NCBI GenBank assembly: GCA_040902855.1
Contig: JBBDWN010000029.1
Span: forward strand, 1-43,755
Length of the DNA stretch: 43,755 bases
Direction of reading: 5' to 3'
Source: Acidimicrobiia bacterium
GTDB taxonomy: Bacteria; Actinomycetota; Acidimicrobiia; Spongiisociales; ZC4RG35
In this document: positions 15,572 to 26,268 of the stretch, piece by piece
Position numbering within the stretch: the first letter of the stretch is position 1
Layout of the letters: every line of letters starts with the position of its first letter
Made by a program: the position numbers and the translations under genes
Notes under the pieces: model-generated
Database searches by the model: none
Told to the model about the DNA's origin: nothing
Seen by the model: only the letters and a program-made list of their open reading frames with translations

Positions 15572-18500
15572 GAGCGGCCGCCATGATGGCGTCGATGACC
15601 GGTTCGCCCCGCTCTTCCGCCCGGCGGGCGGCTTCGAGGACCCGCTTGTAGTCCTTGGGCATGACCTTGACGAACATGGAGAGTGCGGCGGGCCAGTCGG
15701 TCAGGAGTCGCTCGGCCACCGCCGAGCCCGTCTCCCGGTGATGGACCTCGACCCGATCGCGGAGGAAGGCGCCATCATCGTCGTTCAGGGGATCGAGGTC
15801 GACCATTTCATGGTTGACCTTGGTGTGGAAATCTCTGGTCACGTCGAGCACATAGGCGATACCGCCCGACATCCCGGCAGCGAAGTTCCGTCCGGTCGGG
15901 CCGAGGATGACGGCCCTGCCTCCGGTCATGTATTCGCAGCCGTGGTCGCCGACACCCTCGACAACGGCGACCGCGCCTGAGTTCCGCACGCAGAAGCGTT
16001 CACCCACGAGCCCGCGGATGAACATCTCGCCGCTCGTGGCGCCGTAGAGGATGACGTTGCCGGCAATGACGTTGTCTTCAGCGACGATTCGAGAGTCGGC
16101 TGGCGGGCGGAGGACGAGGCGGCCGCCGGAGAGTCCCTTGCCCACGTAGTCGTTGGCGTCCCCAGTGAGTCGAAGAGTGATCCCCTTCGGGACGAAGGCC
16201 CCGAAGCTCATCCCGGCGGATCCCGTGAAGTTGACGGTGATCGTGTCGTCGGCCAGACCCTCCCCGCCTCGGCGCTTCGTGAGGTGGTGCCCCAACAAAG
16301 TCCCGACGGTGCGGTTGACGTTTCGGATCGGCAGGTCGAGGGTGACCCTCTCACCGGTTTCGATCGATGCCCCCGCGAGCTGGATCAGGGTCTGGTCGAG
16401 CGCCTTCTCCAGTCCGTGGTCCTGTCCCGTCTTCGCCGACCGGGGGGTGTCCGGCCCGAGATCGGGAACGTGGAGAATGGCCGAGAGGTCCAGACCCGTC
16501 GTCTTCCAGTTGCTGGCGGCGTCGGACACATCGAGGAGTTCGGCGTGGCCGATCGCCTCTGCGAGAGTTCGGAAACCGAGTTCGGCGAGCAGTTCCCGCA
16601 CCTCTTGGGCGATGAACTCCATGAAGTTGACGACGTACTCGGCCTTGCCGGAGAACTTCTTTCGCAGCTCGGGATTCTGGGTTGCGACACCGACGGGACA
16701 GGTGTCGAGGTGACAGACGCGCATCATGATGCAGCCGGAGACCACGAGGGGAGCGGTGGCGAACCCGTACTCGTCGGCGCCCAGGAGGGCAGCGATCATC
16801 ACGTCGCGACCCGTCTTGAGCTGGCCGTCGGCTTGGACCACGATTCGGTCGCGAAGCTCGTTGAGGAGCAGGGTCTGCTGTGTCTCGGCCAGCCCGAGTT
16901 CCCAGGGGACACCGGCATGCTTGAGCGACGTGAGTGGCGAGGCGCCGGTCCCGCCGTCGTGTCCCGAAATCAGGACGACGTCGGCTTTCGCCTTGGCGAC
17001 CCCGGCCGCGACTGTCCCGACTCCCATTTCCGCCACCAGCTTGACGTGCACCCTGGCGTCGGGATTGGCGTTCTTCAGGTCGTGGATGAGCTGCTTGAGG
17101 TCCTCGATCGAATAGATGTCGTGGTGCGGAGGCGGCGAGATCAGACCAACGCCGGGCGTTGAATATCTGGTCTTGGCGATCCACGGATACACCTTGTTGC
17201 CGGGGAGTTGTCCGCCCTCACCGGGCTTGGCGCCCTGCGCCATCTTGATCTGGAGGTCGTCGGCGTTCACCAGGTACTCGGACGTGACCCCGAACCGGCC
17301 CGAAGCGACCTGCTTGATCGCCGAGCGGCGCAGGTCACCGTTGGCATCCGGGGTGTAGCGGTCTGCGTCCTCTCCGCCTTCACCCGTGTTCGACTTGCCG
17401 CCGATCCGGTTCATGGCGATGGCGAGCGTCTCATGGGCTTCGCGTGAGATCGATCCATACGACATGGCGCCGGTCGAGAACCGCTTGACGATCTCCGAGA
17501 CCGATTCGACCTCCTCGATCGGCACCGGTGGCCGTTCGCCCGTCTTGAAGCGGAAGAGCCCTCGAAGGGTGGCCAACCGCTCGGTTTGGTCGTCGACGAG
17601 CTTGCTGTACTCCTTGAAGATGTCGTAGCGGCCCTCGCGGGTCGAATGCTGGAGCTTGAACACCGTCTCCGGCGCGAAGAGGTGGATTTCGCCTTCCCGA
17701 CGCCACTGGTACTCGCCGCCGAGGTCGAGATCCCGGTGAGCTCGTTCCGCAGGATTCGGGGCGAACGCCACACGATGGCGGAGTGCCACCTCTTCGGCGA
17801 CGATGTCGAGACCAATGCCTCCGAGGCGACTCGGTGTTCCCGTGAAGAACCGGTCGATCAGTTCGGCGCCGATACCGACTGCTTCGAAGATCTGTGAACC
17901 GATATAGGAGGGGACCGTGGAGATGCCCATCTTGGACATGACCTTGAGGATCCCGTTGCCGGCCGCGTTGATGTAGTTGGCGTGGGCGGTCTCCCGGTCG
18001 ATCGAGTCGACCTCGTACAGCTGCTGGTCGATCATCGAGTCGATCGTCTCAAACGCCAGGTACGGGTTGATGGCGGCCGCACCGTATCCGAGGAGGAGGC
18101 ACAGATGGTGCACCTCGCGCGCTTCTCCGGTTTCGACGATCAGCGTGATGCGGGTGCGGTTTTTCGTGCGGATGAGATGGTGGTGGACACCTGCCGTGAT
18201 CAGCAGGGCGGGTATCGGGGCATGAGCGGCGTCGACTCCTCGATCGGAGAGCACGATCCCCGAGACACCCTGCTCGATGAGGTCATCCACCTGGTCGAAA
18301 ACCGACTGGATGGCGGACCGCAAGCCCGCTTCGCCGGCGCCGACTTCGAACAGGCAGGGCACGACGGCGGTGAATCCTTCGACTGTCGGAACCTCCTCGA
18401 GATGCAAGAGCTGTTCGAGCTGGTCGTTGTCGATGATCGGGCTGTCCAGCTCGATCATGTTCGCTGAGCGCTCTCGCGGCGCGAAGAGGTTCCCCTCGGG

Positions 18501-20195
18501 TCCGATCATCGTGCGGAGAGCGGTGACCAGTTCTTCGCGGATGGCGTCGAGCGGAGGGTTGGTGACCTGTGCGAAAAGCTGCTTGAAGTAGTCGTACATC
18601 AGGCGCGGCCGGGCGGACAGCACCGCCACCGGCGTATCCGAACCCATCGATCCGAGCGCCTCCTTGCCGTCCCGGGCCATCGGCGCCAAGAGCAGTTTGA
18701 GCTCCTCGTGGGTGTAGCCGAACGTCTGTTGGCGCGAGAGGAGGGAGGAGGCTTCGCTTCGGTGTGACTCGCGCCGTTCGACGTCGTCGAGGTGCAGAAG
18801 TTGTCGGTCGAGCCACTCCCGATAGGGGCGGGCGGAAGCCAATTCGGCTTTGATCTCCTCGTCCCGGACGATCCGACCCTTCGTCGTGTCGACCAGGAAC
18901 ATCCTTCCAGGCTGCAGCCTGCCCTTTTCGATGATCTTGTGTGGCGGGATGTCGATGACTCCGACCTCCGACGCCATGATCACGAGGTCGTCGTCGGTGA
19001 CCCAATATCGGCTGGGGCGGAGGCCGTTGCGGTCGAGGACGGCGCCGATCACCCGACCGTCAGTGAAGGCGATCGAGGCCGGCCCATCCCACGGCTCCAT
19101 CAGCGAGGCGTGGTACTGGTAGAACGCTCGCACATCCGGATCCATGTGTTGATGTCGCTCCCACGGCTCGGGGATCATCATCAGCACCGCCTCGGTGATC
19201 GGATAGCCGCCCATGTAGAGCAACTCGAGCGCCTCGTCGAAACCGGCGGTGTCCGAGGCACCGGGGGAGCACACCGGGAAGATCCGGGACAGGTCGCCGG
19301 GGATCAGGTCCGTTTGGAGAAGCGTTTCGCGGGCGCGCATGAAGTTGCGATTGCCCTGAATGGTGTTGATCTCGCCGTTGTGAGCGACCATGCGGTACGG
19401 GTGGGCGAGCGGCCACATGGGGAACGTGTTGGTCGAGAACCGCGAGTGGACGAGAGCCATCGCGCTCTCGACCCGGTCGTCGTGGAGGTCGGGGAAGAAT
19501 TCGGCGACCTGTCGCGCCGTGAGCATTCCCTTGTACACGAACGTGCGGCACGAGAGGCTCGGGAAGTAGACGCCGTCATGCATCGTCGAGGCCCCGCCGA
19601 TCGCCTCGTTGACTTCGTCCGGTCCCGCCTGCAGGTGGATCTCATGTTCGATCCGTTTACGTAAGACGTAGGACTGGCGCTCCAAGGCCATGCCGCTCAG
19701 AGCCTTGCCGGCGATGAAGATCTGTTTGAAGCGGGGCATCGTCTCGAGCGCCGCCTTGCCGAGGATCGACGGCTCGACCGGGACATCGCGCCACCCGAGC
19801 ACGTCGAGGCCCTCGTCCTCCACGAGCTCCTCGATCCTTGCCCGGGCGACTCTGGCCTGCTCCCCGTCCTGGGGGAGGAACGCGATACCGGTGGCGTACG
19901 TACCTTCCGGGGGGAGTTCGAAGTCGACGACCGCCCGGAAGAACCGGTCAGGGACCTGGATGAGGATGCCCGCACCGTCTCCGGTGAGGGGATCGGCTCC
20001 CGTCGCCCCGCGGTGTTCGAGATTGCAGACGGCGTCGATGCCGTGCTGGACGATCTGATGGCTTCTTCGGCCCTTGAGGTCGACGACGAAGTTGACGCCA
20101 CAGGAGTCGTGCTCGGCCTCCTCCCGGTACAGACCGTGGCGCTGGGCGGCGGCGCGGGCGTCCACACGGCGGGTGTGGTGGGATGCGTCCGTCAT
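15564..20195 (-). CDS. gltB: Glutamate synthase large subunit
   Basis: HDSCG N-terminal nucleophile, [49 protein letters not shown] 20195 has a GAGGAGG RBS. Confidence 0.97.
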   Translation of the reverse strand: MTDASHHTRRVDARAAAQRHGLYREEAEHDSCGVNFVVDLKGRRSHQIVQHGIDAVCNLEHRGATGADPLTGDGAGILIQVPDRFFRAVVDFELPPEGTYATGIAFLPQDGEQARVARARIEELVEDEGLDVLGWRDVPVEPSILGKAALETMPRFKQIFIAGKALSGMALERQSYVLRKRIEHEIHLQAGPDEVNEAIGGASTMHDGVYFPSLSCRTFVYKGMLTARQVAEFFPDLHDDRVESAMALVHSRFSTNTFPMWPLAHPYRMVAHNGEINTIQGNRNFMRARETLLQTDLIPGDLSRIFPVCSPGASDTAGFDEALELLYMGGYPITEAVLMMIPEPWERHQHMDPDVRAFYQYHASLMEPWDGPASIAFTDGRVIGAVLDRNGLRPSRYWVTDDDLVIMASEVGVIDIPPHKIIEKGRLQPGRMFLVDTTKGRIVRDEEIKAELASARPYREWLDRQLLHLDDVERRESHRSEASSLLSRQQTFGYTHEELKLLLAPMARDGKEALGSMGSDTPVAVLSARPRLMYDYFKQLFAQVTNPPLDAIREELVTALRTMIGPEGNLFAPRERSANMIELDSPIIDNDQLEQLLHLEEVPTVEGFTAVVPCLFEVGAGEAGLRSAIQSVFDQVDDLIEQGVSGIVLSDRGVDAAHAPIPALLITAGVHHHLIRTKNRTRITLIVETGEAREVHHLCLLLGYGAAAINPYLAFETIDSMIDQQLYEVDSIDRETAHANYINAAGNGILKVMSKMGISTVPSYIGSQIFEAVGIGAELIDRFFTGTPSRLGGIGLDIVAEEVALRHRVAFAPNPAERAHRDLDLGGEYQWRREGEIHLFAPETVFKLQHSTREGRYDIFKEYSKLVDDQTERLATLRGLFRFKTGERPPVPIEEVESVSEIVKRFSTGAMSYGSISREAHETLAIAMNRIGGKSNTGEGGEDADRYTPDANGDLRRSAIKQVASGRFGVTSEYLVNADDLQIKMAQGAKPGEGGQLPGNKVYPWIAKTRYSTPGVGLISPPPHHDIYSIEDLKQLIHDLKNANPDARVHVKLVAEMGVGTVAAGVAKAKADVVLISGHDGGTGASPLTSLKHAGVPWELGLAETQQTLLLNELRDRIVVQADGQLKTGRDVMIAALLGADEYGFATAPLVVSGCIMMRVCHLDTCPVGVATQNPELRKKFSGKAEYVVNFMEFIAQEVRELLAELGFRTLAEAIGHAELLDVSDAASNWKTTGLDLSAILHVPDLGPDTPRSAKTGQDHGLEKALDQTLIQLAGASIETGERVTLDLPIRNVNRTVGTLLGHHLTKRRGGEGLADDTITVNFTGSAGMSFGAFVPKGITLRLTGDANDYVGKGLSGGRLVLRPPADSRIVAEDNVIAGNVILYGATSGEMFIRGLVGERFCVRNSGAVAVVEGVGDHGCEYMTGGRAVILGPTGRNFAAGMSGGIAYVLDVTRDFHTKVNHEMVDLDPLNDDDGAFLRDRVEVHHRETGSAVAERLLTDWPAALSMFVKVMPKDYKRVLEAARRAEERGEPVIDAIMAAAHG

Positions 20196-20223
20196 GTGCC
20201 CCTCCTCGCGGCGTTCGGCATTA

Positions 20224-20237
20224 TGCGCATATGCGCA
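20224..20237. promoter_or_regulatory. Perfect 14-bp palindrome TGCGCATATGCGCA upstream of gltB, candidate operator
   Basis: Self-complementary sequence overlapping a minus-strand CATAAT (20220-20225). Confidence 0.45.
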
Positions 20238-20327
20238 AGTCAAGATTCTACGTCGAAAGCGCTTGCACCAACCAATCCGCGGGAGCCGAGAACGATCCCT
20301 GCGGAATACCGTTCAGGTGTGATGCGC

Positions 20328-20351
20328 TTTACACTACGTGCATAGTGCAAA
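20328..20351. promoter_or_regulatory. Inverted repeat TTTACACTA-N6-TAGTGCAAA over the sufB -10 (TACACT), candidate operator
   Basis: Arms match 8/9. AT-rich and located 24 nt upstream of the sufB ATG. Confidence 0.5.
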
Positions 20352-20375
20352 TTCGACCGCAGAGGTGATCGCCTG

Positions 20376-21788
20376 ATGGCAACCGTCGATATTGATCTCG
20401 GTGCATACAAGCTCGGCTGGCACGACTCGGAAGACGAGTACGTGTTCAAGCCCCAGAAGGGTCTGTCCGAAGAGATCATCCGCCAGATGTCGAAGATCAA
20501 GGACGAGCCCGACTGGATGCTCGACTTCCGCCTCAAGTCCTACAAGCGGTTCCTCGCCAAGCCTCTTCCGACGTGGGGTGGCGGCGGCGCACTCGAAGAC
20601 ATCGATTTCGACGACATCTACTACTACGTCAAGCCCACCGAAGGTCAGTCCAAAGACTGGGACATGGTTCCCGAGTCGATCAAGGCGACCTATGAGAAGC
20701 TGGGCATTCCGGAGGCCGAACGAAAGTACCTCGCCGGAGTCACGGCCCAGTACGAGTCCGAGGTCGTCTACCACCGCAACCGGGAGGACCTCGAAGAACT
20801 CGGCGTGCTCTTCTGCGACATGGATACGGCGGTGCGCGAGTACCCGGAGATCGTCCAGGAGTACATGGGAACGATCATCCCGCCCAACGACAACAAGTTC
20901 GCCGCGCTCAACTCGGCGGTCTGGTCAGGCGGGTCCTTCATCTACGTCCCGCCCGGCGTGCACCTCGATCAACCGCTCCAGGCCTACTTCCGGATCAACT
21001 CCGAGAACATGGGTCAGTTCGAGCGGACGCTCATCATCGTCGACGAAGACGCGTTCTGTCACTACGTCGAAGGGTGCTCTGCTCCGATCTGGACGTCGGA
21101 CTCGCTGCACTCGGCCGTGGTCGAGATCGTGGTCAAGAAGGGCGGCCGATGCCGCTACACGACCATCCAGAACTGGTCGAACAACGTCTACAACCTCGTC
21201 ACCAAGCGGGCTGCCGCCTACGAGAACGCCACGATGGAGTGGATCGACGGCAACCTCGGGTCGAAGCTCACGATGAAGTACCCGGCCGTCTGGCTGATGG
21301 AGCCGGGCGCGCACGGCGAGGTGCTGTCGATCGCATTCGCCGGTGAGGGCCAGCATCAGGACGCCGGAGCGAAGATGGTCCACGTCGCACCGAACACCAC
21401 TTCGACGATCGTGTCCAAGTCCATTTCGAAGAACGGTGGACGGGCGGGCTACCGGGGGCTCGTCCGTGTTGAAGAGGGAGCGGTCAATTCCAAGAGCTTC
21501 GTCCGTTGCGACGCGCTGATCCTCGACGACCACTCACGTTCGGATACCTATCCGTCCATGGAGATCGAGGAGAACGACGCCGAGATCGGACACGAGGCGA
21601 CCGTCTCGAAGGTGGGAGACGAGCAGCTCTTCTATCTCCGGAGCCGCGGACTCACCGAGGACCAGGCCACGTCGATGATCGTCGCCGGGTTCATCGAGCC
21701 GATCGTGCGTGAACTCCCGATGGAATACGCGGTCGAGATGAACCGCCTGATCGAGCTCAACATGGCCGAAGCCGGCGCCATCGGCTGA
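20376..21788 (+). CDS. sufB: Fe-S cluster assembly protein SufB
   Basis: [76 protein letters not shown]. Confidence 0.97.
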   Translation: MATVDIDLGAYKLGWHDSEDEYVFKPQKGLSEEIIRQMSKIKDEPDWMLDFRLKSYKRFLAKPLPTWGGGGALEDIDFDDIYYYVKPTEGQSKDWDMVPESIKATYEKLGIPEAERKYLAGVTAQYESEVVYHRNREDLEELGVLFCDMDTAVREYPEIVQEYMGTIIPPNDNKFAALNSAVWSGGSFIYVPPGVHLDQPLQAYFRINSENMGQFERTLIIVDEDAFCHYVEGCSAPIWTSDSLHSAVVEIVVKKGGRCRYTTIQNWSNNVYNLVTKRAAAYENATMEWIDGNLGSKLTMKYPAVWLMEPGAHGEVLSIAFAGEGQHQDAGAKMVHVAPNTTSTIVSKSISKNGGRAGYRGLVRVEEGAVNSKSFVRCDALILDDHSRSDTYPSMEIEENDAEIGHEATVSKVGDEQLFYLRSRGLTEDQATSMIVAGFIEPIVRELPMEYAVEMNRLIELNMAEAGAIG

Positions 21789-21798
21789 TCGAGTCAAG

Positions 21799-21926
21799 CG
21801 CGAACCCTGGGTTCGGCACCACCTCTGAGGTGGTGTACGTGCCTCAGTTCGCAGACACCGTCGCTACGCGATCTGAACTCGTGCGCGAAAACCACCGTAT
21901 AGGTGGTCCTGAACCCTGGGTACGCG
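21799..21926. repeat. 128-bp element with imperfect terminal inverted repeats (REP doublet or MITE-like)
   Basis: 21799-21824 matches the reverse complement of 21901-21926 at 22/26 positions. Each arm contains small palindromes (GAACCC-T-GGGTTC; ACCACC-N5-GGTGGT). Confidence 0.65.
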
Positions 21927-21927
21927 A

Positions 21928-22197
21928 CTAGCGGTTGGAGGCGGAGACGGCGAGGCCGAGGACCAGGCCGCCGATGAAGGACCAGAGCCAGCTGAAGCCG
22001 CCGCCGGCGTCGAAGATCGGGTCGACGTTGGCGATCCGCATGATCGCGCCGAGCGAGATTCCTCCGATCGCGCCCACCAGGATGGCGCCGATCAGATTGG
22101 ACCGGAGCGATCCCAAAAGTCCGCCCAGCAGGCCGCCGATCCCTCCGGAGAGGGCAATGAGGAGAACCGCCTGGTTCGTGACGTCGTCGAAGGGCAT
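21928..22197 (-). CDS. Small Gly-rich membrane protein (GlsB/YeaQ/YmgE-like)
   Basis: Three hydrophobic Gly-rich helices (NLIGAILVGAIGG, WLWSFIGG). TAGCTT -10 lies 8 nt upstream. Confidence 0.65.
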   Translation of the reverse strand: MPFDDVTNQAVLLIALSGGIGGLLGGLLGSLRSNLIGAILVGAIGGISLGAIMRIANVDPIFDAGGGFSWLWSFIGGLVLGLAVSASNR

Positions 22198-22227
22198 GGC
22201 CAGACAAGCTACCCCGACGAACCCTTC

Positions 22228-23154
22228 CTACAAGAGTTCTTCGAGATCCACCCCGCATGATGGATGGCGCAGTTTGGCGAGCGCCCTGGTCTCGATGTTC
22301 CGCACCCGCTCACGAGTCAGGCCGAGATGTTTGCCCACGGCAGACATCGTCCACGGGTCGTCGCCCGAGAGCCCGAATCGGAGATCGACGATGATCCGCT
22401 CCTCGTCGTCGAGGTGTGCGAGAGCTGTCAGCATGTGAGAGCGGCGGTCCGCTTCGGCGGTTTCGAGATACGGGTCGGGAGCCGCGACGTCGACCACGAA
22501 CTCGTGCAGTTCGGAGTCTCCATCCTCGCCGACCGGACGGTCCAGTGAGACCGTGTCCGTCGGCGCTCGAACGGCGGCTTCCACCTTGTCGATGTCGAGG
22601 CCGCTGTATTCGGCGATCTCGTGAAGGGTTGGCGGTCGCCGCAGCGTCTCGAACAGGATCTGTCTGGTGTCGTGGACGGTGCGGACGATGTCCACCATGT
22701 GCACGGGGAGCCGGATGGTGCGAGCGGCGTTGCCGAGACCTCGACTGATGGCCTGGCGGATCCACCAGGTGGCGTAGGTCGAGAACTTGAAACCCTTCTT
22801 CCAGTCGTACTTCTCGACGGCTCGGATGAGGCCGAGGTTGCCCTCCTGGATGAGATCGAGGAGGTCGAGGCCGCGACCGGCGTAGCGCTTGGCGATCGAG
22901 ATGACGAGACGCAGGTTGGCGCGGATGAAGGCCATTTTCGCCTCCTCGCCCTGCTCGACGATTCGTTGGAGGCGACGGCGTTCCTCGGCGTCCAGGTCGG
23001 GCCCGGTCTCGAGTCGGATGGCTGCCCGGCGGCCGTGCTCCATCGTGCGAGACAGCCGAATCTCGTCTTCCGCGGTCAGGAGCGTGTGGGAGGAGACCTC
23101 GTCGAGGTACATGCCGATCGTGTCGGCTGCGGATGCCGAATGGCGGTTGGACAC
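22228..23154 (-). CDS. Sigma-70 family RNA polymerase sigma factor, group-2-like (no region 1.1)
   Basis: Region 1.2 [10 protein letters not shown], region 2 [13 protein letters not shown]...[18 protein letters not shown]...[14 protein letters not shown], region 4.2 [12 protein letters not shown] 23154 has a GGAGAGG RBS. Confidence 0.93.
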   Translation of the reverse strand: MSNRHSASAADTIGMYLDEVSSHTLLTAEDEIRLSRTMEHGRRAAIRLETGPDLDAEERRRLQRIVEQGEEAKMAFIRANLRLVISIAKRYAGRGLDLLDLIQEGNLGLIRAVEKYDWKKGFKFSTYATWWIRQAISRGLGNAARTIRLPVHMVDIVRTVHDTRQILFETLRRPPTLHEIAEYSGLDIDKVEAAVRAPTDTVSLDRPVGEDGDSELHEFVVDVAAPDPYLETAEADRRSHMLTALAHLDDEERIIVDLRFGLSGDDPWTMSAVGKHLGLTRERVRNIETRALAKLRHPSCGVDLEELL

Positions 23155-23304
23155 GAGAACCCCCTCTCCGTCCCAGCAGTCGCTGCGTTCACGGTGCGGG
23201 ATGGTCCCGACACCGGTGGCCAACGTATCACCAGGGTGTGACGGCTGCAATGAAGATTCGCCGAGGTTCGCCTAACTGCCGCAGTTCGTACACTTAGCCG
23301 GGCA

Positions 23305-24768
23305 GTGGCGAAACGCACACATCAACTTCGGGTCCTTCTCGTCATCACCCTCGTCTGGGCGGGGTGGGCGGGCTTCGCCTCGTTCGGACCGGAGACTTCG
23401 GCTGCTGTTGCTGTGGTAGACGAGCGCGGCGAGCCGGTTCCGGGAGCGCTGCTCGTGGCCGACGGCTCGGAGAAGGCGACGACCGGTCCCGACGGCGTCG
23501 CGACGCTGGACTGGCCGGACGACGGACACCTCATCGTCGAGGCTGATGGCTTCCTGCCACAGCCGGTGACATCCCCCACCGTGGACTCGGCGACAACCGT
23601 GCGGCTCATGCCGCACACTCTGCGCGGGATTGTCCAGGATCCCGACGGGCGGCCGGTCGAAGGCGTGTACGTCGAATCCGGTCGAGGGAGCGCGGTGTCT
23701 GGTCCCGATGGTTCGTTCTCCGTCCGGCTGGCCGAACCAGGCGAGGTCAGGGTCTGGCGTCCCGCCTGGCACCTCGCAGACTTCGAATGGGATGGCGGTC
23801 TCGGCGAACGCACGATCCAGATCGAGCCGCGGGTGGTGAAAGCGGTCCACGTCACCGGCGAAGTGGCCGGCGATCCCGTCCGGTGGAAGGCGATCCTCGA
23901 TCTGAAGGCAGAGACCGAGTTGAACGGGGTGATGCTGGACCTCAAAGACGAGTACGGCCTCATCTACTACGACACCGCCGTCGGCGTGGCCGAGGAAGCC
24001 AACGCCGACTACCCGCTGTACGACCTCGGCGAGATCGTGAGGGACGTCGACGCCCGCGATCTCTACCTGATCGGCCGGATCGTGACATTCCAGGACCCGC
24101 AGGCCGCCCAGCGCATACCCGATATCGCGGCGTGGAACACCGCCACGGACGGTCCCTACAACAACAACGGGCAGTGGTTCCTCGATCCGACCGATCCCAA
24201 GGCCAGGGGGTATGCCCTCTCGCTCGCGGTCGAGGCATGTCAGCTCGGCGTCGACGAGATCCAGTTCGACTACGTCCGCTACCCCGATGGCCTTCCCGAC
24301 ACCGTCGTCTTCGACGGCGGTTCGGATTCGGAAACGAGGGTCGCCACGATCGAGTCGTTCCTGCTCGAAGCGCGCGAGGTCTTGCATCCGCTCGGATGCG
24401 CGGTGGCAGCAGACATCTTCGGTTTCATCACGACGGCGCGCGACGACGGAGGAATTGGCCAGCAGTGGGACGTCCTCGTCGACGCCGTCGACGTCGCCTC
24501 GCCGATGCTCTACCCCAGCCACTACTCGGCGGACTGGTATGGCTTTGCCCGTCCGGTCGATCACCCGGGTGAAATGGTGCACCGGGCCCTTCAAGACGGA
24601 ATCTCCCGGCTGGAGCGGGGCGCCATCATCCGACCGTGGCTGCAGGATTTCGGCTACACGGCCGACCAGGTGAGAGCGCAGACCGAGTCGGCCGAGGCGT
24701 TCGGACTCGGCTGGATGCTGTGGAACGCCTTCTCCAATGTGAGCGTCGACGCCCTCGATCCGGGGTGA
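23305..24768 (+). CDS. Exported putative glycoside hydrolase (DUF4015-like) with N-terminal carboxypeptidase-regulatory-like beta domains
   Basis: N-terminal TM/signal, two 'VVDERGEPVPGA / VQDPDGRPVEG' repeats, LNGVMLDLKDEYG, IGRIVTFQD, DEIQFDYVRYP, SPMLYPSHY, RPWLQDF. Confidence 0.8.
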   Translation: MAKRTHQLRVLLVITLVWAGWAGFASFGPETSAAVAVVDERGEPVPGALLVADGSEKATTGPDGVATLDWPDDGHLIVEADGFLPQPVTSPTVDSATTVRLMPHTLRGIVQDPDGRPVEGVYVESGRGSAVSGPDGSFSVRLAEPGEVRVWRPAWHLADFEWDGGLGERTIQIEPRVVKAVHVTGEVAGDPVRWKAILDLKAETELNGVMLDLKDEYGLIYYDTAVGVAEEANADYPLYDLGEIVRDVDARDLYLIGRIVTFQDPQAAQRIPDIAAWNTATDGPYNNNGQWFLDPTDPKARGYALSLAVEACQLGVDEIQFDYVRYPDGLPDTVVFDGGSDSETRVATIESFLLEAREVLHPLGCAVAADIFGFITTARDDGGIGQQWDVLVDAVDVASPMLYPSHYSADWYGFARPVDHPGEMVHRALQDGISRLERGAIIRPWLQDFGYTADQVRAQTESAEAFGLGWMLWNAFSNVSVDALDPG

Positions 24769-25439
24769 GCCCCGACCGGCTCCACGCCGAGTTGATCGAC
24801 TGCCGTCGCTGCGTGCGGCTGGTGGAGTGGCGGGAACGGGTCGCTCGGGAGAAGCGGGCGGCGTTCCGAGACGAGGAATATTGGGCACGACCGGTTCCCG
24901 GTTTCGGTGATTCCGATGCCCGGGTGGCCATTGTCGGCCTCGCCCCGGCTGCCCACGGCGCCAACCGCACCGGGCGCATGTTCACCGGAGACCGGTCCGG
25001 TGACTGGCTGTTCCGGGCGCTGGATCGGGCAGCCTTCGCCAACCAGCCGGGTTCCACGCACGCCGGCGACGGGCTGGAATTGAGGGGGGTGTTCGTGACC
25101 TCGGCCGTCCATTGCGCTCCGCCAGACAACAAGCCCACCACTGGTGAGCGGGCGGCGTGCCTGGAGTGGACGGTTGCCGAAATGAGGGCCTTGGTGAAGC
25201 TCGAGGTCGTCGTCGCCTTGGGCGGGTTGGGCTTCGATGCGGTGCTCAGGATGTGTGAGCCGCTCGGGTGGCAGCGTCCGGTGCCGAAACCCAAGTTCGG
25301 TCACGGTGTCGAGGTCGCACTCAAGAACGGTCCGCTCGTGATCTGCTCCTATCACCCCAGTCAGCAGAACACGTTTACCGGTCGGCTCACCGAAGAGATG
25401 TTCGACGGTGTGTTTGCTCGGGTGCGGCAACTGATCTGA
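24765..25439 (+). CDS. udgB: Uracil-DNA glycosylase family 5 (Fe-S)
   Basis: CRRC..LVEWRE, GLAPAAHGANRTGRMFTGDRSGDWL, CAPPDNKP, YHPSQQNT. GTGA overlap with the upstream stop. Confidence 0.92.
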   Translation: MSPDRLHAELIDCRRCVRLVEWRERVAREKRAAFRDEEYWARPVPGFGDSDARVAIVGLAPAAHGANRTGRMFTGDRSGDWLFRALDRAAFANQPGSTHAGDGLELRGVFVTSAVHCAPPDNKPTTGERAACLEWTVAEMRALVKLEVVVALGGLGFDAVLRMCEPLGWQRPVPKPKFGHGVEVALKNGPLVICSYHPSQQNTFTGRLTEEMFDGVFARVRQLI

Positions 25440-26246
25440 TCAACGCGAGGCGATCCGGGCAATGGCCACCGCCGGGAATGTGAGCAGCAGCGGGGCGACT
25501 GCCGCCACTCCCGCCTGACCGCCGGCCAATACCGCCAGGGCTGCGGTGAGCACTGTGAACACCGCCGCTTCCCGGACCCTGCGCGGCTCGAGCGGTATCC
25601 GGGTCCAATCGCCCTGCGAGAGCACTTGCATTGGCTGGACGACGACGGCCGCACCGATCAATCCGATCACGACGAACCCGAGCGAGATCACGTCGGGGAC
25701 GGTCCAGTCGCCCAGGCGGTCTCCGAAGGCGGCGCGCAGGGTCACGCCGATCGCCAAGACCGCCCCCCATAGGCCGGCATTCACAGGGGGAGCGCCGGGC
25801 AGCGCGACGTCGCGCACCATGGCGAAGGCCAGCAGGATGCCTGCCGCCCATCCCCACGGAGTCTCAGCGAACGCCACTGCGCCAAGCCCGACTGCGGCGT
25901 AGTCGGTGGTGCGCGGAGGGAGTCCGGTGGTGCGGGCGACGATGCGGGCGGTGAGCAACGTCAGGAACAACGCGGCCGGAGCGGGAGCGCCGAGGACCAG
26001 GGTCGACGCCGGGGCCAACAATGCGGCGATGGTGGCGGCATGGGGTCGGTCCGGATCGAGTTCCCGGGCCAGCATCCACGCTGCCGCCGACCCCAACGCC
26101 CCGGCAATGGCCCGGCGGATGTCGGAAGTGTCCAGCCCGTACAGCACCAACGCTGCCCCGAGTGGCGCGAACAGCAGGATTCGGTTGGTGGGGCGACGCA
26201 AATCGATGGTCCGCCCGACGTGGGTGATGTCCGAGAGCTTCCGCAC
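25440..26246 (-). CDS. Hypothetical multi-pass membrane protein
   Basis: GTG 26246 preceded 8 nt upstream by TAGGGT. Multiple hydrophobic helices and a WMLARELDPD motif. Confidence 0.7.
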   Translation of the reverse strand: MRKLSDITHVGRTIDLRRPTNRILLFAPLGAALVLYGLDTSDIRRAIAGALGSAAAWMLARELDPDRPHAATIAALLAPASTLVLGAPAPAALFLTLLTARIVARTTGLPPRTTDYAAVGLGAVAFAETPWGWAAGILLAFAMVRDVALPGAPPVNAGLWGAVLAIGVTLRAAFGDRLGDWTVPDVISLGFVVIGLIGAAVVVQPMQVLSQGDWTRIPLEPRRVREAAVFTVLTAALAVLAGGQAGVAAVAPLLLTFPAVAIARIASR

Positions 26247-26268
26247 GGGACCGAACCCTACGAGGCGC

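Noticed and set aside
21789-21927. CRISPR array or tRNA in the repeat-rich gaps (also 32344-32543)
   Set aside because: No regularly spaced direct repeats with unique spacers, no cas genes, and no cloverleaf with T-loop and CCA.
23272-24888. 538-aa minus-strand ORF
   Set aside because: Antisense shadow of the DUF4015-like gene, with no domain motifs.
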